From assembly GCA_963828485.1 (NCBI GenBank), contig CAWHEV010000006.1, positions 197,842 through 261,841 on the forward strand: a stretch of 64,000 nucleotides of DNA, written 5' to 3'. The position numbers and the translations under genes are program-made. Of the stretch, positions 17,656 to 27,417 are shown in pieces; positions within the stretch are counted from its first letter, which is position 1, and each line of letters opens with the position of its first letter. Origin of the DNA: an uncultured Chloroflexia bacterium. Lineage in GTDB: Bacteria > Chloroflexota > Limnocylindria > QHBO01. The notes beneath the pieces were generated by a model. That model did not search any database. It saw only the letters and a list, made by a program, of their open reading frames with translations, and had not been told where the DNA came from.

Positions 17656-20556
17656 GTGGCGAGACCGAGCCGTCCTTATCTCGAGGATCCGCGCCCTGTC
17701 CCACCGTCTCAAGCCGCTTCGTCGTGTAACCGCCCTCGTCATGGGGGCCGCACTCATCCTTGGATCCTTCCCCGCACCCGCTGCCGCGGTCGACCCCGTG
17801 CCCGTGCCGACCGATGCGCGCAGCCGACCGATCCACAGCGCCCGACGAACGGTCTCATGCTCGGCGACTCACCCAGGGTCGCGGCCCCGGGCGACTTCAC
17901 CGCGCCCGATTTCGACGAGGAGATCGTCTGGAGCGGGCTGACCCATCCGATGGTCGTGGAGTTCGCCGCCGACGGCCGCGTCTTCGTGGCCGAGAAGAGC
18001 GGGATCATCAAGGTCTTCCAGAACCTCGAGGATCAGACCGCCAGCACCTACGCGAACATCAGCGCCAACGTCCACGACTTCTGGGACCGCGGCCTGCTCG
18101 GCATGGCGCTCGATCCCGACTTCACCTCGAACGGCCGGATGTACCTGTCCTACACCCACGGCGAGCCGCTGAATCCGGACCTCCCCTCGTGGGGCGACGG
18201 CTGTCCGTCGCCGCCGGGTGACACCGATGATGGATGCGTCGTGAGCGGCCGGCTCTCGGTCCTGACCAACGGCGGGAACGAGGACGTCCTCATCGAGGAC
18301 TGGTGCCAGCAGTACCCGAGCCACTCGATGAGCGACATCGTCTTCGACGGCGACGGCGCGCTGATCGTCAACAGCGGCGACGGCGCGAACTTCAATGCCG
18401 CCGACTGGGGCCAGTGGGGCGGCACGCTGCCGAACTCGACGAATCCGGTGACGCCACGAAATCCCTGCGGCGATCCCCCCGGTGGCGTCGGCGGAGCCAT
18501 GAGCCAGAGCACCGGCCAGGGCGGCGGGCTCCGCTCCCAGGACATCCGCAGCACGGCTGACTCGCTCGGCCTGAGCGGCACGATCATTCGCGTCGATCCG
18601 GACGACGGCGACGCCATGGCGGACAATCCGGGCACCGGCGGGGTGACCACCAACACCAAGAAGATCGTCGCCTACGGCCTGCGCAATCCCTTCCGGATGG
18701 CCATCCACCCCGATACCGGCGAGCTGTTCGTCGGCGACGTCGGCTGGGGCACCTGGGAGGAGATCAACCGCATCGATCCGGACGGAGCGGAGGTCAAGAA
18801 CTTCGGGTGGCCGTGCCGGGAAGGCGTCACGTTCGAGCCGCCGGGCTGGGACGAGACGAACATGTGCACGTCGATGCCGACCCCATCGAGTCCGTTCCTG
18901 GCCTACCAGCACGGGCCGGCGCTCGGCGGCGGCTGCGCGCAGGGGACCAGCTCGATCTCGGGGCTCGCCTTCTACGAGGGAGGCCCGTATCCGGACGCGT
19001 ACGACAACGCTCTGTTCTTCACCGACTACTCGCGCCAGTGCATCTGGGTCATGCGAGCGACCGGCCCCGGTGGAGATCCGGCGGGGGTCACCTACTTCGG
19101 TGAGCTCGCCGAGCCGGTTCACCTCACGGTGGGACCGGGCGGCGACCTGTTCTACGCCGACTTCAGCGCCGGTACCAGCAGCGGGACGATCCGGCGCATC
19201 GTCTACTCGTTCGACAACGACCCGCCCGTGGCGGATGTCGACGCCGATCCGACCTCCGGCGGCGCGCCGCTGAACGTCGAGTTCGACGCATCGGGATCGA
19301 GCGATCCGAACGAGGACCCGCTGACCTACGCGTGGGACTTCGGAGACGACGATGGCGCCTTCGACGACGCGTTCGAGGTCGACCCCGAGCATACCTACGA
19401 CGATCTCGGGACCTACACGGCCCGCGTCCGGGTCAGCGATGGGCGCGGGTTCACCGACACCGACCAGGTCACCATCAACGTCGGAAACGCCCTGCCGAAC
19501 GCGGTGATCAACACTCCGTCGGCGAGCTTCACGTGGTCGGTCGGTCAGACGATCAGCTTCAGCGGCAGCGGAACGGATCCCGATGAGGGCGCCCTGCCCG
19601 CGAGCGCCATGGACTGGCGGCTGATCATGCATCACTGCCCGTCGACCTGCCACCAGCACGTCATCGACACCTGGAACAACGTGAGCGGAGGCAGCTTCAC
19701 CGCACCGGACCACGAGTACCCATCGCACCTCGAGCTCAGGCTCACGGTCACCGACGAGCACGGCGCGACCGACGTCGCCTCGCGCAAGATCAACCCGAAG
19801 ACGGTCACGCTCCAGGTGCGATCGGCCCCGTCGGGCCTGCGGGTGAGCGCGGCCGGGCGGACGGCCACGACCCCGTTCAACGTGACCGTGCTGCGCGGGT
19901 CGAGGGTCGTGCTGGGCATCCCATCGGGACAGACGGTCGATGGCTTCGACTACGCCTGGACGTCGTGGTCGCAGGGAGGTCCCAAGACCCAGACGATCAG
20001 GGCGACCGCATCCGCGACGTACACGGCCCGCTTCGACGGTGGCTTCGACGACGTGCCGCCCGGCGCGAAGTTCGCATCGGACATCGCCTACATCTACAAC
20101 GAGGGCATCACCGTCGGGTGCTCGGACTCGCCGCCGCTCTTCTGCCCCACCGGCCGGGTGACTCGAGGCCAGATGGCCACGTTCCTGACGCGCGCCATCG
20201 ACCTGCCGCCCACGTCGACCGACTACTTCACCGACGACGAGACGAACCTCCACGAGGGCACCATCAACCGGCTGCGACGCGCCGAGATCACGTTCGGCTG
20301 CACGGCCACCACGTTCTGCCCCGACGGACTGGTGACCCGTGGCCAGATGGCGAGCTTCCTGGTTCGCTCCTTCGACCTGCCGGCCACGAGCCGCGACTAC
20401 TTCACCGATGACGAGAGCAACAAGCACGAGGCGAACATCAACCGCCTGCGCGCGGCGGGCATCACGTTCGGGTGCGGTCCGACGACCTACTGCCCAAACG
20501 GCCTCGTGACGCGCGGCCAGATGGCGGCCTTCCTCCATCGGGCGCTGGAGGACTGA
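17656..20556 (+). CDS. Secreted PQQ-dependent sugar dehydrogenase-like beta-propeller with PKD and SLH-like domains (start uncertain, frameshift near 17830)
   Basis: DRGLLGMALDPDF, AYGLRNPFR, GDVGWGTWEEIN, NFGWP; PKD FDASGSSDP..YAWDFGD; three VTRGQMA repeats; signal peptide in another frame. Confidence 0.85.
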   Translation: MARPSRPYLEDPRPVPPSQAASSCNRPRHGGRTHPWILPRTRCRGRPRARADRCAQPTDPQRPTNGLMLGDSPRVAAPGDFTAPDFDEEIVWSGLTHPMVVEFAADGRVFVAEKSGIIKVFQNLEDQTASTYANISANVHDFWDRGLLGMALDPDFTSNGRMYLSYTHGEPLNPDLPSWGDGCPSPPGDTDDGCVVSGRLSVLTNGGNEDVLIEDWCQQYPSHSMSDIVFDGDGALIVNSGDGANFNAADWGQWGGTLPNSTNPVTPRNPCGDPPGGVGGAMSQSTGQGGGLRSQDIRSTADSLGLSGTIIRVDPDDGDAMADNPGTGGVTTNTKKIVAYGLRNPFRMAIHPDTGELFVGDVGWGTWEEINRIDPDGAEVKNFGWPCREGVTFEPPGWDETNMCTSMPTPSSPFLAYQHGPALGGGCAQGTSSISGLAFYEGGPYPDAYDNALFFTDYSRQCIWVMRATGPGGDPAGVTYFGELAEPVHLTVGPGGDLFYADFSAGTSSGTIRRIVYSFDNDPPVADVDADPTSGGAPLNVEFDASGSSDPNEDPLTYAWDFGDDDGAFDDAFEVDPEHTYDDLGTYTARVRVSDGRGFTDTDQVTINVGNALPNAVINTPSASFTWSVGQTISFSGSGTDPDEGALPASAMDWRLIMHHCPSTCHQHVIDTWNNVSGGSFTAPDHEYPSHLELRLTVTDEHGATDVASRKINPKTVTLQVRSAPSGLRVSAAGRTATTPFNVTVLRGSRVVLGIPSGQTVDGFDYAWTSWSQGGPKTQTIRATASATYTARFDGGFDDVPPGAKFASDIAYIYNEGITVGCSDSPPLFCPTGRVTRGQMATFLTRAIDLPPTSTDYFTDDETNLHEGTINRLRRAEITFGCTATTFCPDGLVTRGQMASFLVRSFDLPATSRDYFTDDESNKHEANINRLRAAGITFGCGPTTYCPNGLVTRGQMAAFLHRALED

Positions 20557-20578
20557 TCCTCCACCTAGACTCGCAGCG

Positions 20579-21181
20579 ATGGCCATGACGACGCTCGCCC
20601 CGCTCGACGTCCTGCTCATCCGCCATGCCGAATCGGTGCCGCCGGGGACTCCCGGCTACGCCGACGACGACCGACCGCTGACCGATGCCGGCCGCTCCGC
20701 GGCCGCGGAGCTGGCGTACGAGCTCGAGGGCTACGAGCTGACGGCCATGTACTCGTCGCCCTACGCCCGCGCGATCGAGACGCTCGAGCCGCTCGCCAAG
20801 CTTCGGGGCCTCGAGATCCATCGGCTCGTCGACCTGCGTGAGCGGCGCCACTCGCTCGAGCAGCACGACGACTGGCGCGAGACGCTCGAGCACTCGTGGG
20901 CCGATCCGGACTTCGCGCTGCCGGGCGCGGAGTCAGGGCGCGAGGCGCAGCGCCGCGCCGTCGGCGCGCTCGACCTGATCCGCACCCGTCACCCCGATGG
21001 CGGCCGGCTCGTGCTGGGCAGCCACGGCAACCTGATCAGCCTGCTGCTCCAGGTGCTCGAGCCGGGCGTCGACGTGGACTTCCACCTGGCCATGCCGACC
21101 CCGGCGGTCTATCGGCTCACCCATGACGGCCTCCGCTGGCGAGTCATGGGCGGCCACGGCTTCGTGCCCATCGAGGACTAG
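20579..21181 (+). CDS. Histidine phosphatase family protein
   Basis: IRHAES, SSPYARAIET, GAES, SHGN. Confidence 0.92.
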   Translation: MAMTTLAPLDVLLIRHAESVPPGTPGYADDDRPLTDAGRSAAAELAYELEGYELTAMYSSPYARAIETLEPLAKLRGLEIHRLVDLRERRHSLEQHDDWRETLEHSWADPDFALPGAESGREAQRRAVGALDLIRTRHPDGGRLVLGSHGNLISLLLQVLEPGVDVDFHLAMPTPAVYRLTHDGLRWRVMGGHGFVPIED

Positions 21182-22287
21182 GCGTCCCGCGCGACGAGAT
21201 CCTCGAGCGTCTCCCTGCGCCGGCTCAGCCGCAGCTCACCTCCGTCGATGACCGCCTGCGCGGGGCGGAGGCGCCCGTTGTAGCTCGACGCCATGGCGGC
21301 GCCGTAGGCACCGACCTCGCCGATGGCCAGCAGCGCCCCCTCGCCCGCATCGGTCCCGAGGTCGAGGTCGGTGGCAAGGATGTCACCCGCCTCGCACACC
21401 GGGCCGGAGAGGGTCCATCGCCCATCGTCGACCGTGCCACCGGGCGCGATGAGCGTCACCGGGTGACGGGCGCCGTACAGCATTGGACGGATGAGCTCGC
21501 TCATGCCGGCATCGGCGACGAGGTGGCCGCGAGCCTGGACGCGCACGACCCTGGAGAGCAGCCAGCCGGCGCGCGCGACGATGCTCCGGCCCGGCTCGAC
21601 GATCAGCCGCTGGCTGCCGAGTCGCGGGCGGACCTCGGCGGCCCACGCGGCCGGGCTGCCCTCGAAGCCGCCACCGAGGTTGAGCGTCCCGACTCCATGC
21701 GCATCGGCGATGCCGCGCAGGAGCTCTGCAGCACGCCCGAACGGTGCCGGATCGGCGATGGCCGAGCCGATGTGCGCCCCGATGCTCTCCAAGCCGCCGA
21801 GATCCGCGGGCAGCTCGTCGAGCCCGATCCCGAACTTCGACCCGGCACTGCCGGTGGCGAGGTGCGGATGCGTCGCCGCCTCGAGCCCGGGGTTGATGCG
21901 CAGGCCGATGCGCGGCGCCCCGATGGCGCGGAGCGCAGCCAGGGCGCCGAGCGACTCGGCGTTGACGAGGGCGCCGGTCGCGGCCGCCGCGGCCAGGTCG
22001 GCATCGGTCTGGCCCACCCCGTTGACGACGATCCGATCGGCCGAGCCGCCCGCCCGGAGCGCCAGCGCCAGCTCGACCGGTCCGACCACCTCGAAGCCGA
22101 AGCCGTCGCGCGCCAGGCGGCTCAGGAGCGCCGGGTCGGGATTGGCCTTGACCGCGTAGGCGACGAGCGATCCCGACGGCAGCGCATCGGCCCAGGCGCG
22201 CGCGTCCGCCGCCGCACGGTCGAGATCGGTGACGTAGAGCGGCGTGCCCCAGCGCTCGGCCGCCTCGACGAGGAGCTCGCGGCTCAC
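21178..22287 (-). CDS. lysA: Diaminopimelate decarboxylase
   Basis: GTPLYV, YAVKAN, THPHLATG..SKFG, HIGS, EPGRS, RPMLY, GPVCEAGD, GAYG..MASSYN. Confidence 0.88.
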   Translation of the reverse strand: MSRELLVEAAERWGTPLYVTDLDRAAADARAWADALPSGSLVAYAVKANPDPALLSRLARDGFGFEVVGPVELALALRAGGSADRIVVNGVGQTDADLAAAAATGALVNAESLGALAALRAIGAPRIGLRINPGLEAATHPHLATGSAGSKFGIGLDELPADLGGLESIGAHIGSAIADPAPFGRAAELLRGIADAHGVGTLNLGGGFEGSPAAWAAEVRPRLGSQRLIVEPGRSIVARAGWLLSRVVRVQARGHLVADAGMSELIRPMLYGARHPVTLIAPGGTVDDGRWTLSGPVCEAGDILATDLDLGTDAGEGALLAIGEVGAYGAAMASSYNGRLRPAQAVIDGGELRLSRRRETLEDLVARDA

Positions 22288-22511
22288 ACCGGATGCTGCG
22301 GCCGCAGCTCCTCCCCGATGCCGTCGACGAACAGCTCGACTCCGCCGCACTGCGGGCAGACGTACACGTCGAAGTGCTGCTTGTTCACGAACAGCTCCCC
22401 GAGGTCGCCGAGCGCGCCCCAGCGGGTGCCATGGTGGAAGTCGCGCGTGCCGACGTAGTCGAGCGCGACGTCACATCGCGCGCAGCGGATCGGCTCTGCC
22501 GGTTCGGTCAT
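22284..22511 (-). CDS. Small zinc-ribbon protein
   Basis: 75 aa, CARC...CPQCG; stop overlaps the lysA start. Confidence 0.75.
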   Translation of the reverse strand: MTEPAEPIRCARCDVALDYVGTRDFHHGTRWGALGDLGELFVNKQHFDVYVCPQCGGVELFVDGIGEELRPQHPV

Positions 22512-22529
22512 GGTGCCTATTCTGAGGCC

Positions 22530-22991
22530 ATGAACACCCCGAATGCGCCCGTGCTGCAGATGCGGCTCATCGTCGAGGCCGACGACTACGACGAGGCGGT
22601 GCGCTTCTATCGCGACGTCCTCGGGCTGACCGAGCAGGCGGCCTTCGAGGGCGAGGGCGAGGCCCGCGTGGCCATCCTCGACGCCGGCAGGGCGACACTG
22701 GAGATCGCCAATCCGGCGCAGAAGCGCATGATCGACGAGGTCGAGGTGGGTCGCGCCGGCGTGGCGCCGAAGATCCGGGTCGCGTTCGAGGTGGCCGACG
22801 GCGCCTCGACGACGACGCGGCTCGTCGACGCCGGAGCCGAGCTCATCGCTCCGCCGGTCGAGACGCCGTGGCGCTCGCTGAACTCCCGCCTCGCCGCGCC
22901 GGCCGGGATCCAGATCACTCTCTTCGAGGAGCTCGAGCCACTCGACGAGCGCCGCAAGCGGCCGGGTTTCGGCACCGACGCCGAACGCTGA
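22530..22991 (+). CDS. VOC/glyoxalase family protein
   Basis: EAVRFYRDVLGL, ATLEI, RVAFEV, PVETPW. Confidence 0.9.
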   Translation: MNTPNAPVLQMRLIVEADDYDEAVRFYRDVLGLTEQAAFEGEGEARVAILDAGRATLEIANPAQKRMIDEVEVGRAGVAPKIRVAFEVADGASTTTRLVDAGAELIAPPVETPWRSLNSRLAAPAGIQITLFEELEPLDERRKRPGFGTDAER

Positions 22992-22997
22992 CCCGCG

Positions 22998-23882
22998 CTA
23001 CCCGGCCGGAGCACCCGCGACCAAGCGCCAGTGAAGCGGTTCCTCGAGCTCGTCGGCGCGGCAGCTGATCGGCCGCGGCGGACCGTGACGTTCGGCCACC
23101 AGCTCGAAGCGATGTACTCCGCCGCCGGGTGACCCGAGCTCGACCGATGCCGCGGTGTCCGATGCGTCGACCGAACGGAGGGTCACGTCATCGCGGGAGT
23201 GGATGTCGAGTGTCAGGCGAAGCTCTCGCTCGGCGACCTGGGCGGGCGCGGGCCACGACGATCGGCCACGGAGGAACCCCGGATCGAGACGGCCGGCGAC
23301 GAACTCGGCTGCCAGACGCGGTCCGACGTCGGGCGTCACTCGCCCATACACGATGCCGTCCGGCAGGCAGACGAGGTTGCCGGCAAAGCGATGGCCGCCC
23401 AGGTGGGTGCACTCCCATGCCTCCGCATCATGGTCGACCACGAGCGTCCCGAGCAGGGCGCGCCCGCGCAGTGCGCAGCAGGCATCGCGCCGTCCGTTGG
23501 TGCAGACGAGGAACAAGGGCCTCGCATGCGTCTCGCCGAAGGCATCGACCGGCGCATCGGCCAGGTCCTCGAGGACCAGCTCGGTGAGGTCGGTGACGTT
23601 GCGAACCGCCATCTCGCGGGTCACGGTGTCGACCAGGAAGGCACGCCGGACGGCATCGGCAGCGGGTGGTCCCTCGCGGTGCCGGATGAGCAGCGGCCGT
23701 ATGCCGCGGGCCTTGGCCCCGCTCTCGAAGCCGGCGCCCAGCACGTCGCGCACGGCCTTCTCGCCCCAGTGGCTCCGATCCTCCACCAGCAGCCAGCGGC
23801 GACGCTCGTCGACGCTGCCGATCATCGGCTCGTCAAGCTCCTCGGACAGCGCCGAGCAGCGCATCGGCGCGTCGAGCGTCAC
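22998..23882 (-). CDS. Sucrase/ferredoxin-like (Apd1/Aim32-type) 2Fe-2S protein
   Basis: LVCTNGRRDACCA, WECTHLGGHRFA, YGRV. Confidence 0.88.
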   Translation of the reverse strand: MTLDAPMRCSALSEELDEPMIGSVDERRRWLLVEDRSHWGEKAVRDVLGAGFESGAKARGIRPLLIRHREGPPAADAVRRAFLVDTVTREMAVRNVTDLTELVLEDLADAPVDAFGETHARPLFLVCTNGRRDACCALRGRALLGTLVVDHDAEAWECTHLGGHRFAGNLVCLPDGIVYGRVTPDVGPRLAAEFVAGRLDPGFLRGRSSWPAPAQVAERELRLTLDIHSRDDVTLRSVDASDTAASVELGSPGGGVHRFELVAERHGPPRPISCRADELEEPLHWRLVAGAPAG

Positions 23883-25198
23883 TCTGCCTGGGCCGGGATT
23901 TCGCGCAGGCTCCTCACGGGGGAGAAGAATACGGGCAGGAACGCGAGGAAGGCACCGACGGCCGAGACCCACAGCGCCGCGTGGAAGCCGATGGCATTGC
24001 CGATGATGCCTCCGAGAAGGGCCCCGACCGGGATCGTGCCCCACACGATGAGGCGCATGGTGGCGTTCATGCGGCCGAGCATCCGGTCAGGGGTGATGGC
24101 CTGGCGCAGCCCCACCTGGTTGACGTTGTACACGACCGTGCTGAAGCCGCCGATGATGCCGCCCACGACCAGGAACCAGAACGGGTCTTCGGGCGGCGCC
24201 AGTGGCACGAAGGCGAACGACACGCCGCCCAGCATCGCGCTGCCGACGATGACCGGCCCGATACCGAATGCATTGGCCAGCCGTCCACCCGTGAGCGCGC
24301 CGAGCAGAACGCCGAGATTGCCGATGGCGAAGATGATGCCGATCGTGACGGCGTCCAGCCCGAGCACCTCGACGATGTAGAGCAGCATCACCACCCCGCC
24401 GATGTTCGCGAACAGGTTGAAGGTGCCGGTGCAGGCCGCGATGTTGCGCAGGTACGGGCTGTCGCGCACATAGGACAGCCCGGCCACAGCCTCCTGCCAC
24501 ATGCTCGGCCGCTTGCCCTCCGCCGGATCATGCGGGGCGGGGGCCTCCTCGCGCTTGCCGATGAGGCCGATGAACAGCGCTGCGCCCAGGTAGCTGACCG
24601 CGTCGAAGGCGATCGCGAACGGCGCGCGGAAGATCTCGACCAGGAAGCCGGCCACGGTCGGCCCGATGACCGACGAGCCGGCGCGCGACAGCTCGAGCTT
24701 CGAGTTTCCCTCGACCAGCTCGTCGCGCTCCACGATGCTCGGCAGATACGACTGGTAGGCGACGTCGAAGAAGACCTCGAGCGTGCCGGCCAGGAACGAG
24801 ACGATGTAGACCTGCAGCATCGTCAGCCAGCCGCCGAGGAAGGCGATCGGGATCGACGCCAGCAGCGCGGCGCGAGCGATGTCGGCGCCGATGAGGATCG
24901 GCCGGCGGCGCATTCGATCGACCCAGACCCCGGCCGGCAGCGTGAAGATGATCCACGGCAGGAAGCGGACGACGCCCAGGATGCCCATCTCGATGGCGCC
25001 GGCTCCCAGCGTGAGGATGGCGACGAATGGCAGCGCCAGGAGCGTGATCTCGTCGCCGAACTGGCTGATCGTCTGGCCGGTCCAGAGCTTCATGAAGTTG
25101 CCCTGGCGCCACAGGCTCGGCCGATGGATCACCGCGCTGGTGGCGTCAGTCTCGGACGGAGGCGGCTCGGCCGGCGGCTCGTTGGTCTGCATCGACAT
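23879..25198 (-). CDS. MFS transporter
   Basis: KLWTGQTISQFG, GVWVDRMRRR, LRQAITPDRMLGRMNA. Confidence 0.92.
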   Translation of the reverse strand: MSMQTNEPPAEPPPSETDATSAVIHRPSLWRQGNFMKLWTGQTISQFGDEITLLALPFVAILTLGAGAIEMGILGVVRFLPWIIFTLPAGVWVDRMRRRPILIGADIARAALLASIPIAFLGGWLTMLQVYIVSFLAGTLEVFFDVAYQSYLPSIVERDELVEGNSKLELSRAGSSVIGPTVAGFLVEIFRAPFAIAFDAVSYLGAALFIGLIGKREEAPAPHDPAEGKRPSMWQEAVAGLSYVRDSPYLRNIAACTGTFNLFANIGGVVMLLYIVEVLGLDAVTIGIIFAIGNLGVLLGALTGGRLANAFGIGPVIVGSAMLGGVSFAFVPLAPPEDPFWFLVVGGIIGGFSTVVYNVNQVGLRQAITPDRMLGRMNATMRLIVWGTIPVGALLGGIIGNAIGFHAALWVSAVGAFLAFLPVFFSPVRSLREIPAQAE

Positions 25199-25201
25199 CG
25201 G

Positions 25202-25801
25202 TCAGGACTCCTCGGCCGATGAGGCCCAGTCCGGAACGTAGACGCCAGCGACGAGCCCGAACGTCTCCCCCTCGCCGGGAGCGCCATCCGAAAACTCGGC
25301 GGCGAGGGCCTCGAGCATCCGACCGAAGCGGTTCGCGCGCGCGGCCGGCATGCGGGCGCGCACCACGACCGACATCGTTGGAGAGTCGGTGCGATTGTCC
25401 GCACTCGCCTCGGCAAGCGCCGTGCGCAGCGGAAGGTGGGCCAGGATGAGCGGGTCGACGCCTGGCGGCAGCTCGCCCGTCTGCGCGGGAAGGACGAAGT
25501 GGCGGGCCACCCGCACATATCGCTTCTCGACGACGCCGCGGACGCGCCGCGTCTCGGCGACGCGGATGAGACCGGACCGCTCGAGCACTCTGACGTGATG
25601 GCCGATCGTGCCCTTTGCCCGACCCAGCGCCCGGGCGAGCTCCTGGACGCTGGCCGGCCCTTCGAGCAGGTACCCGAGGATGCGCCAGCGCGTGGCGTCG
25701 CCCAGCGCCTGGAGCTGCTCCGGACGCGAGACGGTCAGCGCGCCGTCGTCCGACGGCGTGGCGGCGACGCGTTTGGTCTGCGATCTCCGTTTGGTCGGCA
25801 T
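25202..25801 (-). CDS. ArsR-like winged-helix regulator
   Basis: TRWRIL, SVQELARALG, HHVRVLERSGLIRVAETR.VRGVVEKRY; paralogue of 14461..15069. Confidence 0.9.
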   Translation of the reverse strand: MPTKRRSQTKRVAATPSDDGALTVSRPEQLQALGDATRWRILGYLLEGPASVQELARALGRAKGTIGHHVRVLERSGLIRVAETRRVRGVVEKRYVRVARHFVLPAQTGELPPGVDPLILAHLPLRTALAEASADNRTDSPTMSVVVRARMPAARANRFGRMLEALAAEFSDGAPGEGETFGLVAGVYVPDWASSAEES

Positions 25802-25825
25802 CTGCAGACCATTAGATCACGTACG

Positions 25826-26488
25826 TCAACGTCCCGGCTGAGACTCCAGGACGCGTGCCAGCGTGAGCCCGTCGGCGATGGGCAGGATCACCGTCTCGAC
25901 CCCGGCGTCGGCCGCGATCCGGTCGTTGATGGCGCGAATGACGCGCACGTTGTCGCTGTTGGCGGATGGGTCGGCCACTTCCCCGCTCCACAGCGTGTTG
26001 TCGACCAGGATCAGCCCGCCGGGGCGGATCAGCCGCCTGCACTCGGTGTAGTACGTGTCGTAGCCGGGCTTGTCGGCGTCGATGAACGCCAGGTCGTACG
26101 ACGCGGTCTCGAGCGTCGCCAGCGTCTCGGCGGCCGGGGCCAGGCGCAGGTCCACGCGGTCGGCGACGCCGGCATCGGCCCACGCCTGGCGAGCGATGTC
26201 GGTCCACTCCCGGCTGACGTCGCAGCAGGTGATCCTGCCGTCGTCCGGCAGTGCCAACGCCATGGCCGTCGACGAATAGCCGGTGAAGGTCCCGACCTCC
26301 AGGATGCGCCGCGCATCCATGAGCCGCACCAGCAGCGCCATGAACGCTCCCTGCTCGGGGCTGATCTGCATCCCGGCCTGGGGCAGCGGCGCGGTCCGCT
26401 CGCGCAGGGCGGCGAGGACCGGGTGCTCGCGAACGCGGGCGTGGACGTAGGCCATGAGCTCGTCGGTCAGGTCGATGGTCTTGGCCAT
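25826..26488 (-). CDS. Class I SAM O-methyltransferase (caffeoyl-CoA OMT-like)
   Basis: LEVGTFTGYS, DLAFIDADK, VDNTLWSG. Confidence 0.93.
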   Translation of the reverse strand: MAKTIDLTDELMAYVHARVREHPVLAALRERTAPLPQAGMQISPEQGAFMALLVRLMDARRILEVGTFTGYSSTAMALALPDDGRITCCDVSREWTDIARQAWADAGVADRVDLRLAPAAETLATLETASYDLAFIDADKPGYDTYYTECRRLIRPGGLILVDNTLWSGEVADPSANSDNVRVIRAINDRIAADAGVETVILPIADGLTLARVLESQPGR

Positions 26489-27414
26489 CAGGGCATCACC
26501 CAGCTTTCGCGGAACGTGGACGGAACGTCGGCTCCGTCGAGCCAGCGCAGCACGAAATACTCGGTCGAGATCGCGCCATCGGCAAGGTCGTCGGGCAGAT
26601 CGAGCAGCCAGCCGAGGTCCTGCCGCTGCGTCTTGTGGCAGTCCATGGAGCCCCGCTTGGCGGTGAGATGGCCCGAGACGTCCACCCGGGTCGTGATCTC
26701 ATCCTCGCTCCGGCCGAACTCGATCGAATCGCCCTCCTCCGACTCGATCGCGTCGCCGACCTGCGCGACGGCTGCCGCGTTGGAGGGGTTCAGCTCGTCT
26801 GCCGGCGTCGGGTCGACCGCCTCGTCGAGGTCCCAGGGAAGATCGATGCCCCGCTCTTTCATGGCCGTCATGAGCTCGAACCAGCGCTCGCGCGCGAAGG
26901 CGATCTCGTAGAAGCGGGAAACCTCCCAGTCCTGCCCGGCCGACGCGAGAAATGCCTCGCGGCCGATGCGCGCCGCGTTGATGTGGTCGGGGTGGCCGTA
27001 GTTGCCGTTCTCGTCATAGGTCACGATCGCGGACGGGCGTGCGTCTCGCACGATCTCGATCAGGCGGCGCCTGGCCTCGTCGATGTCGGTCTGCCAGAAC
27101 GACTCGGGGTGGCCGTTCGCATCGGTGCCCATCATGCCGGAGTCCCGGTACCCGAGCAGGTGGTGGTGCACCGCGCCGCCGCCGAGCGCCTCGATCGAGC
27201 AGGCGAGCTCGTCGGCGCGGATCTGGGCGAGTCGCGGCCGGGCCTCGTCGGGATCGAGGGTCGGGTCGTGGATCTCACCTTCCGCACCGTCGGTGCAGGT
27301 CACCAGGTCGACGCGCACCCCTTCGGCCACGAGGCGCGCGATCGTGCCGCCGGTTCCCATCGACTCGTCGTCGGGGTGGGCGTGCACGAACAGGACACCG
27401 TGAGTCTCCGCCAT
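26488..27414 (-). CDS. PIG-L family deacetylase (MshB/Mca-like)
   Basis: HAHPDDE, LGYRDSGMMG, GNYGHPDH, HKTQ. Confidence 0.9.
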   Translation of the reverse strand: MAETHGVLFVHAHPDDESMGTGGTIARLVAEGVRVDLVTCTDGAEGEIHDPTLDPDEARPRLAQIRADELACSIEALGGGAVHHHLLGYRDSGMMGTDANGHPESFWQTDIDEARRRLIEIVRDARPSAIVTYDENGNYGHPDHINAARIGREAFLASAGQDWEVSRFYEIAFARERWFELMTAMKERGIDLPWDLDEAVDPTPADELNPSNAAAVAQVGDAIESEEGDSIEFGRSEDEITTRVDVSGHLTAKRGSMDCHKTQRQDLGWLLDLPDDLADGAISTEYFVLRWLDGADVPSTFRESWVMP

Positions 27415-27417
27415 GAA

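Noticed and set aside
17869-20619. Very long antisense or alternative-frame ORFs (e.g. 17869..20619 minus, 55111..57297 plus, 47589..49628 plus)
   Set aside because: Shadow ORFs expected at about 70% GC opposite well-supported genes; Arg/Gly-rich with no motifs.
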